Below are positions 20,640 to 30,547 of a DNA stretch of 64,000 nt, one piece after another (position 1 is the stretch's first letter; the number at the start of each line of letters is the position of its first letter). A program made the translations under genes and the position numbers. The stretch comes from Corallochytrium limacisporum Hawaii (Eukaryota; Protista; Pluriformea), in NCBI GenBank assembly GCA_002811645.1, contig PDIP01000122.1, positions 118,060 to 182,059 of the forward strand. Direction: 5' to 3'. The notes under the pieces are model-generated. The model was not told where the DNA came from, did no database searches, and was given only the letters and a program-made list of their open reading frames with translations.

Positions 20640-22304
20640 CTACTCCATCTTCCGCTTCTTGTTCTGGTGACCATTGCGATTGGGCTGTGCGTTGTTGCTG
20701 CCGCCAGACTCGTATTTCTGCCTGATCATCATGTCCCAGTCAAAAATACCCCACAATGGTGGACCATTATCGAGAGTGTTGCGGTCGTAGGCGACAGGCA
20801 GGGCTCGGAATACGTCGACATAAATTTTTGACCGTTGTTCTGCCTCTTCCATCTTTGCCTTGCTGAGGTAACCCTTAAACTTGAAATACAACTGTCTGAT
20901 AAAGAATGCATCATACACACAGTAGCCGATGACGTTTACATCAATCGGCCTGGTATCAAAGTTGATGTTGCTGTCCTTACCACGGACTTTGGACTTAAAC
21001 GGATTGCCTGCCCCATCATTCACGCGTTGTAGAACGGTATCCCAACCACACGGGCGCTGCACACCATCCTTGTACACCGCGTAGGCTACCTGCGTGTCAA
21101 AGACATTTTGCAGGTGAATTCCATAGCAGTGCTCCAGGGCATCTGCATCTGCCCTGCAGTCATGCATAACCTTCAATACTGTGTCGTCTTCAAGAACGCT
21201 CTTCAGAGGCTTCATGAGCACACCACCGCCAACGGTACAATCTACTAGGAACACCTCAGAGTCCCTACTGCAGAGTTGAGCGAGATGGATTTTGGCTTTC
21301 CGGCCGTGGTGCGTACCCTGGAAGTCTACACTAATAATGGACTCATCTGAGAGCTTCTTTCTTGCTTCCTCTGCCTCGGCCAATGTCTGGATGTACCGCA
21401 CACTCTTCACAGACGGCAGACTCTTCTGCACGGTGTCAAGGGCTTTGAACGGAGCCGCGTTGCGGATCAGTTCCTTTTCGTCAACCTTAAACTCCTGATT
21501 CTCGTAGTTTTGGCCTGTGGTGTGTCGACGTTGAATCTCATCGTCCCATTTTTCGAACCCGTACGAAGGCTTGGAGTCCGGACCCCTTGATGGTACAGTG
21601 CTTGCTTTGCGCAGCTGGGCCGAATAGCTCTTCGACTTCTCCAGCACTTTTCTCACCTTGTCATCATCCAACAGTTTCCGAATTTCCTCGTAAACAGGGA
21701 GAATAAACTTAGCGTCATGGACAGAATAGCCAATGACATCGTCTGACATGGGCCGCTGTGCAAAAATCTCCGAACCCAAAGCGAGTTGGTCCTTGATTGC
21801 CTCCCGGTACGGGTTATCTGCTTCGTTGATCCCAATAAATTTCTTGAGCAATGTGTTCAGACCCACTGGATACGGATAATTACCTCGACTTGCCTTGTGG
21901 TGAATCGCAAAGGCCAACTGTGTGTCAAATACATTCCTGAGCTTCACACCGTAAATATGGTAAAGTGCGTCCGCATCGCAACGACAGTCGTGCATCACCT
22001 TCAGCAGAGTCTTCGAGGTCAGCAACTGACCTAGTCCCGCAGCGAACATAGCCTTGCCTCCAAGCACAATGTCAAAAAGAAAGACATGTGTTGGTGTACC
22101 AATCTGAACGAGGGTTAGGATACCATCCCGTCCCAGTCTCACACCCTCGCAATCACAGGCAACTACTGATTCTTTCTCAATGACTTCGCATGCCTTCATT
22201 GTGTGCACGACGTCTGTGATTAAGTAGTATGGTACCTGACCATCCGTATGCTTGAGTAGAGTGCCGAGATCGACCTCGCTCTTCTGTGCGTCGTCCTTTG
22301 TCAT
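20640..22304 (-). CDS. EXD1/Egalitarian-like protein with two tandem DEDDy 3'-5' exonuclease domains
   Basis: Domain 1: DCEG, HDCRCDADAL, FDTQ, RP, YSVHDA. Domain 2: DFQG, HDCRADADAL, FDTQ, RP, YCVYDA. Confidence 0.88.
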   Translation of the reverse strand: MTKDDAQKSEVDLGTLLKHTDGQVPYYLITDVVHTMKACEVIEKESVVACDCEGVRLGRDGILTLVQIGTPTHVFLFDIVLGGKAMFAAGLGQLLTSKTLLKVMHDCRCDADALYHIYGVKLRNVFDTQLAFAIHHKASRGNYPYPVGLNTLLKKFIGINEADNPYREAIKDQLALGSEIFAQRPMSDDVIGYSVHDAKFILPVYEEIRKLLDDDKVRKVLEKSKSYSAQLRKASTVPSRGPDSKPSYGFEKWDDEIQRRHTTGQNYENQEFKVDEKELIRNAAPFKALDTVQKSLPSVKSVRYIQTLAEAEEARKKLSDESIISVDFQGTHHGRKAKIHLAQLCSRDSEVFLVDCTVGGGVLMKPLKSVLEDDTVLKVMHDCRADADALEHCYGIHLQNVFDTQVAYAVYKDGVQRPCGWDTVLQRVNDGAGNPFKSKVRGKDSNINFDTRPIDVNVIGYCVYDAFFIRQLYFKFKGYLSKAKMEEAEQRSKIYVDVFRALPVAYDRNTLDNGPPLWGIFDWDMMIRQKYESGGSNNAQPNRNGHQNKKRKME

Positions 22305-23386
22305 TGTTGGAGTGTCACAAACCTATAGTTGGGCTCCTCCACCTCTGCTTTGAGTCCAATTTCTCCACGCGGATCATGAGCTGCACTATCCACCACGCCA
22401 TGCGCGATGTCAAATAGCCGTCTGACAGGAACCAATGCAATGAATTGAACCTCCCGGTTGGGCCATTCAGGAAAAGCCTTCGCATTCAATATGGAGACCC
22501 GCACGGCACACAACTACGGCACGTGTGCCGTAGTCGTTCAGCGGCCAACCCCCCTTCCCACCAGTCCCCATGGGGCATTTCGCGCCAGCAAGCTGGATGA
22601 ATTGGTGAGCGGGTCTCATCCGTGCTGGGTGGGTTAGGGGGATCGCATTTCCCCTTCCCCCATGGTCCGCTTAGTCTCAGCTCACGATTTCAAGGCTCGG
22701 CCGCTGCGTAGCCCTCCATGCCGAGGTCTGGGTGGCGCACAACGGGTGCTACTGACCACTTGCTTGTTGAATCCATGGACTGAGGCTGCATTCTGCACCT
22801 TCAGCAGTACCAGCGGTTGCGCTGCATCGTCTTTGTTCTTGTTGGTAATGGACATAATGTCAGGCAGGACTACATAGTGGAGGCAGTACCCATGGCTGAT
22901 GCTAGTGATGCCGCTGCAAGGCATGAAACAAACTTGTCGGTATGTCGTTGGTGATTGAGCGAGAGCGCATGCTAGCACCTTGAGGAACCGAAGAAGTGAC
23001 AAAGGTGACTAGGCTCCACTAAATCTTGGTCCTTCGCATAGGGAGTACTGGAGCGGAAATTGTGTCAGGAGGGGCGAAAATGGACTGTTTCGTTTGTTTT
23101 CCTCAGGTCCACGAGTTCCTCCCTTTTCGGCTCTAAGCTCCGATCTTCTCGGGAAGTGGGGAGAGATTACGTGTCCTGCTTTTTTGGCAGTTGTGTATTC
23201 TGGTGAAATCGCATTTGGTACTAAAGGTTATGCACCAGATAGGCAAGATGATACAAAAAGGGAATGTGTAGTATGTGACACCAAGCGACATATTACAAAC
23301 CACAACACCTGCCATGTGACAAAGGGTGCTGAGGCTTTACAATCAGAGACGAAACCGATACAGAGTACACAGTTGACAAAATCACA

Positions 23387-24409
23387 ATGTCGTCAAGTGT
23401 GCTTCCCGTAGTTTATGCCGTCGGGATCCTTGTGGCTTACTCCATCTTTGGTTATCTTGAAGAACGGGTAATGCAGCAACCCTTTCCTGGCGCGGACGGT
23501 GAGGACGAGTATTTTACCTACCGTCCCGTGGGGGTAGCAGCACAGTGTGTGGTCAGCACCATTGTCGCTTTCATTGGCTCCAAGGTCAGTAAGGAGCCCA
23601 TTGACACCACACCGCAGTATTTGCATGCCGGAGTGGCCGTGACCTACTTGGGTGGTATGGTGGCCAGTGTGTACGCTCTCGGACATGTGAGTTACCCGGC
23701 CAAGATTCTGGCCAAGTGCTGCAAACCGATCCCCATCATGCTGTTAACTTCCATACTCAATAGCCGCAAGTACACCATCTACAAGTACATTACTGTGGCA
23801 TTGATGGTACCCGGCCTGGCACTCTTCATGCTGCAGGATGAGCACCTGGACTTCTCCAACACAGACTTCACAAACCTGGGCACAACAGACTGGTTGAGCG
23901 TTGTTGGCGGGGGTCTTCTTATGCTATCACTTTTCCTGGATGGATTCACTGGATTGCAGCAAGATCACATGCGTCATCACCACAAGCCCAGTAGCTATCA
24001 GTCCATGATGTACCTAAACTTTTACGCGAGCATTCTGGCGTTGATTGGCACGACAGTCGGCACCGGAGAACTGTGGGCTGCCATAGATTTTGGCACTCGT
24101 CACTTTGATGTTGTGGATGACATTGCGATCATGGCCATTGGAGCAAGTGTGGGACAGGTCTTTATCTTCTTGCTGCTTGAGGCTGCGGGCCCATTGAACG
24201 TGAGCATTGTGACAACTCTGCGTAAGTTCTTCAGCATCATCATTAGTGTGATTGCCTTTAGCCATCCATTGAACACTCGGAAGATGATTGGTATGGCACT
24301 GGTCTTTGGTGGCATTGCCATTGACATCTACGGAGGTGCCAAGAAGCGCAAGGAATCCCCCAAAGGGAAGAGGGTTGCAAATGGCAGAAGCAAGGTCAAG
24401 GCGTCCTAA
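23387..24409 (+). CDS. SLC35B1: Nucleotide-sugar/ATP transporter, SLC35B1/Hut1 (UAA family)
   Basis: SYPAKILAKCCKPIPIM, SLFLDGFTG..QD, GQVFIF, VTTLRKFFSII.S. C-terminal KxKxx ER-retrieval motif (KVKAS). Confidence 0.9.
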   Translation: MSSSVLPVVYAVGILVAYSIFGYLEERVMQQPFPGADGEDEYFTYRPVGVAAQCVVSTIVAFIGSKVSKEPIDTTPQYLHAGVAVTYLGGMVASVYALGHVSYPAKILAKCCKPIPIMLLTSILNSRKYTIYKYITVALMVPGLALFMLQDEHLDFSNTDFTNLGTTDWLSVVGGGLLMLSLFLDGFTGLQQDHMRHHHKPSSYQSMMYLNFYASILALIGTTVGTGELWAAIDFGTRHFDVVDDIAIMAIGASVGQVFIFLLLEAAGPLNVSIVTTLRKFFSIIISVIAFSHPLNTRKMIGMALVFGGIAIDIYGGAKKRKESPKGKRVANGRSKVKAS

Positions 24410-27400
24410 GACATTGCGAGTATGTTTATCTCCAATGAAGCACATTCAACGCTCCATACTCTGTGTCATCACAAGATTTGCAATATCGGTGCTACCAAGG
24501 CACTGTGGGGCGGGTTACCGTCGATTATTGTGTCCGGCACTGCCAAGTGGATTCAGCTGGCCAAGGATCAGTTTCACCCGGATGAACGCGGACGCGCTGT
24601 CCACATGGGAGGGTACTAGGATAGAGAACGAACGTCCACTTTGCAGTCCGTCATGTTACAGCACACAATGCTTGTACATGATTGTGTTGATTCAATATTA
24701 GATATTCTGAGAGGACTATTTTTGGGGGTGCCGGGGAGACGGAACGCAGTGCTTTTGCGACGAGGATAATTTCTGCGGTACATAATCTACGGCCTCCCGT
24801 TAGGCTAAATAGACTCCCAATGGAACTGCGTGTGAATCGGCGGATTTGCGCGCTCTTTCCACTCGCCCTCTCCCTCCCGCGGTACTGTTTCTAAGGGTTC
24901 TCTGCATAAAGTTCACGTTCGCCTTTTGGCTGGGCGTCCTCCGCGGGCCGAGTGGTGATGAAATACAACGGTACTGCGGTCCTGGGGGGCCAACTGCGCA
25001 GCTGCGCGATGGCTATGTTCCACCCGCTGCCAACCCTTCCGCATCGGAATTCCTTGCCCGTCAGTCTCTATGGTTTGTGTATGGACACTTTCCCTTCGCC
25101 TAATCGAAATTTGATTGCCCAACGAGCGCAGCGGACAGGAGAGCCACGGTACCGCATTGGATAGGTAAGCGGCATTTTCCATCAGATAATTTTGCCCTTC
25201 TATAATAAAAATATTGCATTCCAATGGTGATCGTTGATCAGAGTACTACCATCCGATCGAACCCCACGTCGGGGAGGCGCACCGGGTACCCAAGACTGGT
25301 GGCTGGCCTTCAACTATCCAAAGTGTTCCGATTGGATACTGAATATAGGGAAAATTTGGCCACTCGGAGCGCTTTCGTTCAGCAGACCCAGGAATCACAA
25401 AGAAACAACATGGTTCACGGGACAGTACACACCAGCGCATGTGCTGGCTACAGGCATAAGTCTTGAATGTGGGACGAGTGTGGAATATGAACAAACTGTG
25501 TGATAGTGAGGGTGCCAACTAACTCGAGCATAAGGAACAAAGGCGGGGGAGACTGTATCAGTTTTTTTCTCTTGCCCACCTCGTCTTCCTTCCATTTCGG
25601 CTGCGGACAGAATGACATTTGCTCGTCACATTCTGGAACAAAAAAATTCTATTTGTTCAGTACTGACTAGGTGAGATAGGGTGTTAAATAACAATGGAAA
25701 AAATTTGACGACACTGCAGGAAATACTAGAATGAACCTGTTTAGGCCGGGGAGGATACCACCCTGAACTTGCTGTGATCAATCTATAGTATGAAATATAT
25801 CTATACATTGCCCGTATTTTTATATATAGTTTGTATTAGTTCATCGAACTCTTTGGGATTATGTGTATTGGTGAGGTATGATCAGTGTGTGAAGATTCTG
25901 CAGCAGTTTGAAACACACTCCATCAGATCAACGGCTGTCAGGGGTACCAAATTTAGACCCGCGTATCAACGTCTTGTGCATGCGGACCATATACTCACAC
26001 GAAGTTGGGCCTGCTCTCTGTCGACGCTGCTATAGTGGATCTACCAGTCAGAAGGCGGTTAACTGGGAAAAACTTAGACTTTCCGCTTCAGCCATTCTTC
26101 CCTTTGCCATTGTCACACCTTCTGAACGACAAACGTTCTAGAAGGAAATTTTTGACGCCTTTTTCTTCGCCCTGGACACAATACCGGGCGTACCTAAGAA
26201 AGTGTAGCAAACTATGCGACGCAAGTAGCCCGCGATTTTCCTTAGAAGGACAAATGCCGAGACTTGAGTTGCCAGCCTACAGCATAATCCCAAGTACTTA
26301 TGAATGAGCTGTGCCCTTCGGCCTCTGCCCCATCTTCTGTTCAACTCTTGTGACCTGTACCGCTGGTTTTCGTAGAACTCCTGGTGTTCGGTATGAATTC
26401 AACGGCCTACACTTCCAAAGGGCTCCCTGTTCCCCCCCAAAAATTTTTTCCGAGAGCTTTCAAGGAAATTAGAAAGATGGTATCTCTTGATGTTATATAT
26501 AACTGCCAAAACCCTTATCTCTTGGACACAAAGGAAGGGCTCCACTGAAGTGGCGAACATTGTCGTTAGTGCGAGCCACTGTTCCCCGACTGCTTCCCTT
26601 GCGCTGCATCGTGCAAGGGAGAGTGATAGCACCCCAGCGAGATCGAAAATTCCTCGCTATCAATAGTAAATATACTAAAAAGAGATACGTGGAAGAAGGA
26701 TGCCAGACCGCCGCAGTCGACAAGGCAGAGACCGCACTGGATCACAATCACTCAATGGTACACCAAGCCACCGCGCCACAAAATTACTCAGCACATTCAG
26801 TACTGGCATGCTCCCGTTGCAAGCTAACCGTTCATCAAAAGCGAGTCGTCAAAACGGTCCCACTTCCACACGCTCAGAACCGCTGAGTTGAGAAGAAACG
26901 TGGATCACACTTAATATGGAGAAAGTACGAGGAAGTGTCTACACGAGGCTCCCTCCCTTCCTGTGTTTCTTGCTGCTGCTGGATTGTGGTACCAGTGTCC
27001 TTTCTCCCGTCACTCCCAGAACACAGTACCCCCGTAGTAAGGGGAACAAAGGGGGGCCTGTGGGAGGGGGAAGGAGAAAGAGTGGGGGAGATTGAGAACG
27101 GCAACAAGACCGAGCCCCCGTTCCCCCCTCCCATTCCCTCCGCCCAGGGGGGGAGGCTTCCCCTTCTGCGTACTGGCCATGCTTTCGATATTTTTTCGCT
27201 ATCTCCCCCACATCCCCCCCCCCCTCTTGTCCCCTTCATCAAATTGGAAGTGAAAAAAAATTGAGTTGGTACTGTTCACCCTTTTCTCGCCACTTCATAC
27301 AGTGGCTTCACTACTATATCCGTGTGAGAGAGAAGACGGCCGTGGGCTCTTGTGGCTCACGCAACAATGCCATCCCTTACAAAACCATCCGTTTTAGAAC

Positions 27401-27781
27401 AATAACTATCGGTGCAGCGGCCACTCTGAATACCTGCTGCGGCACTGTGGGATGCGGCCAGAAGCCAAATGTTAAATGTTTTGGGAACCACTTTCCTTCA
27501 TGGTCGTCGTCGAAATTCGTGTCTGTACAGATGTCGTTTCCATTTTCTTCGTGAATGCCTCCTTCAGTTCTTGTTTTTAGTGATTCAAAGCATTCAGTCC
27601 AGATGGAATACGTGACAAGAACAACGAGTCTCACGTTTTAAACATAGATGAGATCATTTGCTATTTGAAAGACTCTTCCTTAGGAATTAAACATATTTCA
27701 GGTCTGTGTGATTTACAGTACATAGAGCGAATTGTGCTCTTTATACTTCATAGTTTCGGGTAAAATTACTAAAAGCATGAC

Positions 27782-29380
27782 ATGTTGCTAGACATGACAG
27801 TTGGAGAATCTTTAGACACAGGAGAGCATTCTCAGGAAAATTCCTCTGCTAGGCATCAGGACATGGAAGCGGGATCCAATATGGTTGCAGCGCTCACCGA
27901 TGACAACGACACTGCCCCGGAGGCTGTAGACGGCAAGGAGGCCACGACTGAACAGGAACAGAATAAACCTTCGGAAGAAAATACAGAGTGTGAAAACAAC
28001 ATGTGCACTCTCTGCAAGAGCAATGGTCACACCATTGAGGACTGCGATATGTACAAGACTGTAATCTCCTGGCAGGAGAGCCAGGGCAAGAAGAAGCGCT
28101 CCTCCATTGAGAAGGGTTCCGGACAAGGCAGTGAGGGAAATGGCAGTGAATCGGATGATCGTCAGGGGGATGACGATCTTCCGCAGTGGATGCTTCTTGG
28201 TGGAAGTGACCATATGCATCCTGCCAAGAACTACTCTGGGGACGGTGACCAGGAACTTCCCACAAGTATGAGCGCTGAGTCTCGTGCCGCCATGTTTGCT
28301 GCTGCCGCTGCTGCACAACAACCCGATCAGGCAACCGGTGAGGGCGGAAACGCGCCTTACACTGACGTGGACTTCACAAACATCCCAGTGGGTAAGCCTG
28401 GCATTAAACCACCGGGTCCGGGTTACCTGTGCAAAATTTGTCGCGTCCCGGGCCATTGGTTGGAGGATTGCCCTTTCAAGAAGGGGAGTGTGAGGGCTGG
28501 TCCTGGTATGCAGGGTGCTGCCGCTGGTATGCCCGGCATGGCTGGCGTCTCCGGCATGAAAGGTCGTCCCATGGGTGCCACTCATCCATCAGCTGCCGGG
28601 TCCTGGCCCGCAGCCAGTTCCGCCGCTGGTAGTCGTCCAGTTGCTGGTGGTGCTGGTGGCAAAGTCAAGATGGATCCTGCCTACCTTCAGGCCATGGCTG
28701 CTCAATTTGAGGGCATGGACCTCAGCCCGCAGCAGCAGGCTGCTTTCACAGCGGCAGCCGCCGCGGCAGCCCAGGGCCAGGGCCCCGCCCCTCGCTCCCG
28801 CTCCCGTGAACCACCGGTTGGCTACATTTGCAAGATATGCCAAACTCCTGGCCACTGGATCAAGGAGTGTCCCTCCAAGAATATCCCTTTGAACGGTGAT
28901 GGCACCATGGACATGGCAGCAGCAGCTGCTGCGGGCGTACACCCCCACGCACACCGCCACCAGAGCCAGCGCATCATCCGCCCACCAGGCCAGGGTTACC
29001 TGTGCAAGATTTGCAAGATTCCTGGCCATTGGCTAGCTGACTGTCCGCAGAAGACCAATCGCCCTGTTCCGCAGTACTACGAACGTCCCTACGACACCAA
29101 CGGCGCTGAGGGCGCGGATGGCTATCCAGCTTCCCAGGGCAATCCTGCTATACTTCCAGCAGGTGCAGGCAACCCGGCGATGCCCGGTAGCCAGCAGGGA
29201 TCCCAGGGTGCCGGCGGTGCTGGTCGGGGTGAGGGCAATGCCTCTCTTTTCATGGATGATATGTTCAAATCGCAGAGCCGTGATCAGCAGAACCAGATCT
29301 GGCCGAATATTATGGGCATGAATTTCAAGGAGAAGATGGGCATGAATCTGGTCAGTGACTGGCATGACTATGAATATTGA
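27782..29380 (+). CDS. Low-complexity protein with four CCHC zinc knuckles (three of the RBBP6/Mpe1 PPxGYxC type)
   Basis: CTLCKSNGHTIEDC, GYLCKICRVPGHWLEDCP, GYICKICQTPGHWIKECP, GYLCKICKIPGHWLADCP. Confidence 0.85.
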   Translation: MLLDMTVGESLDTGEHSQENSSARHQDMEAGSNMVAALTDDNDTAPEAVDGKEATTEQEQNKPSEENTECENNMCTLCKSNGHTIEDCDMYKTVISWQESQGKKKRSSIEKGSGQGSEGNGSESDDRQGDDDLPQWMLLGGSDHMHPAKNYSGDGDQELPTSMSAESRAAMFAAAAAAQQPDQATGEGGNAPYTDVDFTNIPVGKPGIKPPGPGYLCKICRVPGHWLEDCPFKKGSVRAGPGMQGAAAGMPGMAGVSGMKGRPMGATHPSAAGSWPAASSAAGSRPVAGGAGGKVKMDPAYLQAMAAQFEGMDLSPQQQAAFTAAAAAAAQGQGPAPRSRSREPPVGYICKICQTPGHWIKECPSKNIPLNGDGTMDMAAAAAAGVHPHAHRHQSQRIIRPPGQGYLCKICKIPGHWLADCPQKTNRPVPQYYERPYDTNGAEGADGYPASQGNPAILPAGAGNPAMPGSQQGSQGAGGAGRGEGNASLFMDDMFKSQSRDQQNQIWPNIMGMNFKEKMGMNLVSDWHDYEY

Positions 29381-30547
29381 GGTGCGTCAACAAACTATCC
29401 CCCAAAGCGTAACGACTGCCTTTACTTATCTAACAGCAGGGAGACAGATGATAGGAGTGTCCGGCGAAGCCCGATACTCAATCCTTCACCTTCACACTTT
29501 TTGAATGGCCGACGATGATTGTGAGTTATCGCTCGTCTTATTCACTGGCATAGTCCATCCATGCAGGCGTATGGGACTTTGTTCCCTCGACTATTCTCAA
29601 CCAACCACCATTGGGTGAGAATGGTCGGAAACAGAGTTCGTCACCATCGTCCATCGTATCATTAGCGTTTGGTTTGGCCCGCAATGGCTCCCTGCAGAAC
29701 GCATTCTTCAACAGGATGTACACTTGCAGGTTCGGTCATTTCGATCCAGACCCAATGCACTGTACCTATTGCAAATTTCGTCGTCTGTGTACCTGTCGAA
29801 AACGCATCCGTTGCATAAGCATACCATTTCGTCAACATTACTTATACTTCGTGCATCTTCCATATTTCTACATAATCATTTGGGAGAGAAAGATTGAGTG
29901 GAAGAACATTGAGGAGAGGACAAGAGACACTTTTGGGAGAATGAGTGGCTGGAAAGCATGGATCAGGGTGCCTGTGTGCTCGTGTGACGCAGAGACACCA
30001 GCCGCAACACCTTTCCTGCGGACCACAAATATCTCCTATGCTTTGTCTTGTGTTGCTTGTCCAAGCGTCCTTCCATACCCTTTCAAGTTTTTCCTTTATT
30101 CATGGTAGCATTCCATATTCCGTCACGTATTCCATCCATATCCCAGCATTAAGCATTTTCCCTTAACCACCATAAGCGGAAGAAAGCAAGGGAAAGAGAG
30201 ACAACATCCAAGGGAAGGAAACACATGGTTGTTGACGATGACATCGTCGGTAACCATCCTTAGAACTGTGAGCGCAGTGCTTCCTGTCGCCCTACGGAGG
30301 GTTTCTTTGATATCTTTCTGGACATCGCTTTGTATCTACCATTCCTTTCTACCTTTTAGATCTAATCCCCCGTTCCAATTTTATCTTATGTTTTCCATTT
30401 TAATCATTTTAACATTTTGACAAATATATCTTATTCTTTGAAATAAAAAGAGTACTCTTCATATATTCATAGCCCCATTGAAGAATGTTCGCCGATGATG
30501 ACTTGCTGTAATTTAGTCTGTGGTAAACCGGATTGTGGGAAATTTCA

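Noticed and set aside
22301-22513. 70-codon minus-strand frame ending in an ATGA overlap with the EXD1-like start
   Set aside because: It has no ATG (TTG start directly after a stop) and no recognisable homology.
24422-24619. 65-aa ORF starting 12 bp after the SLC35B1 stop (possible second cistron)
   Set aside because: It is short with no recognisable family, and cannot be distinguished from a chance 3' UTR ORF.
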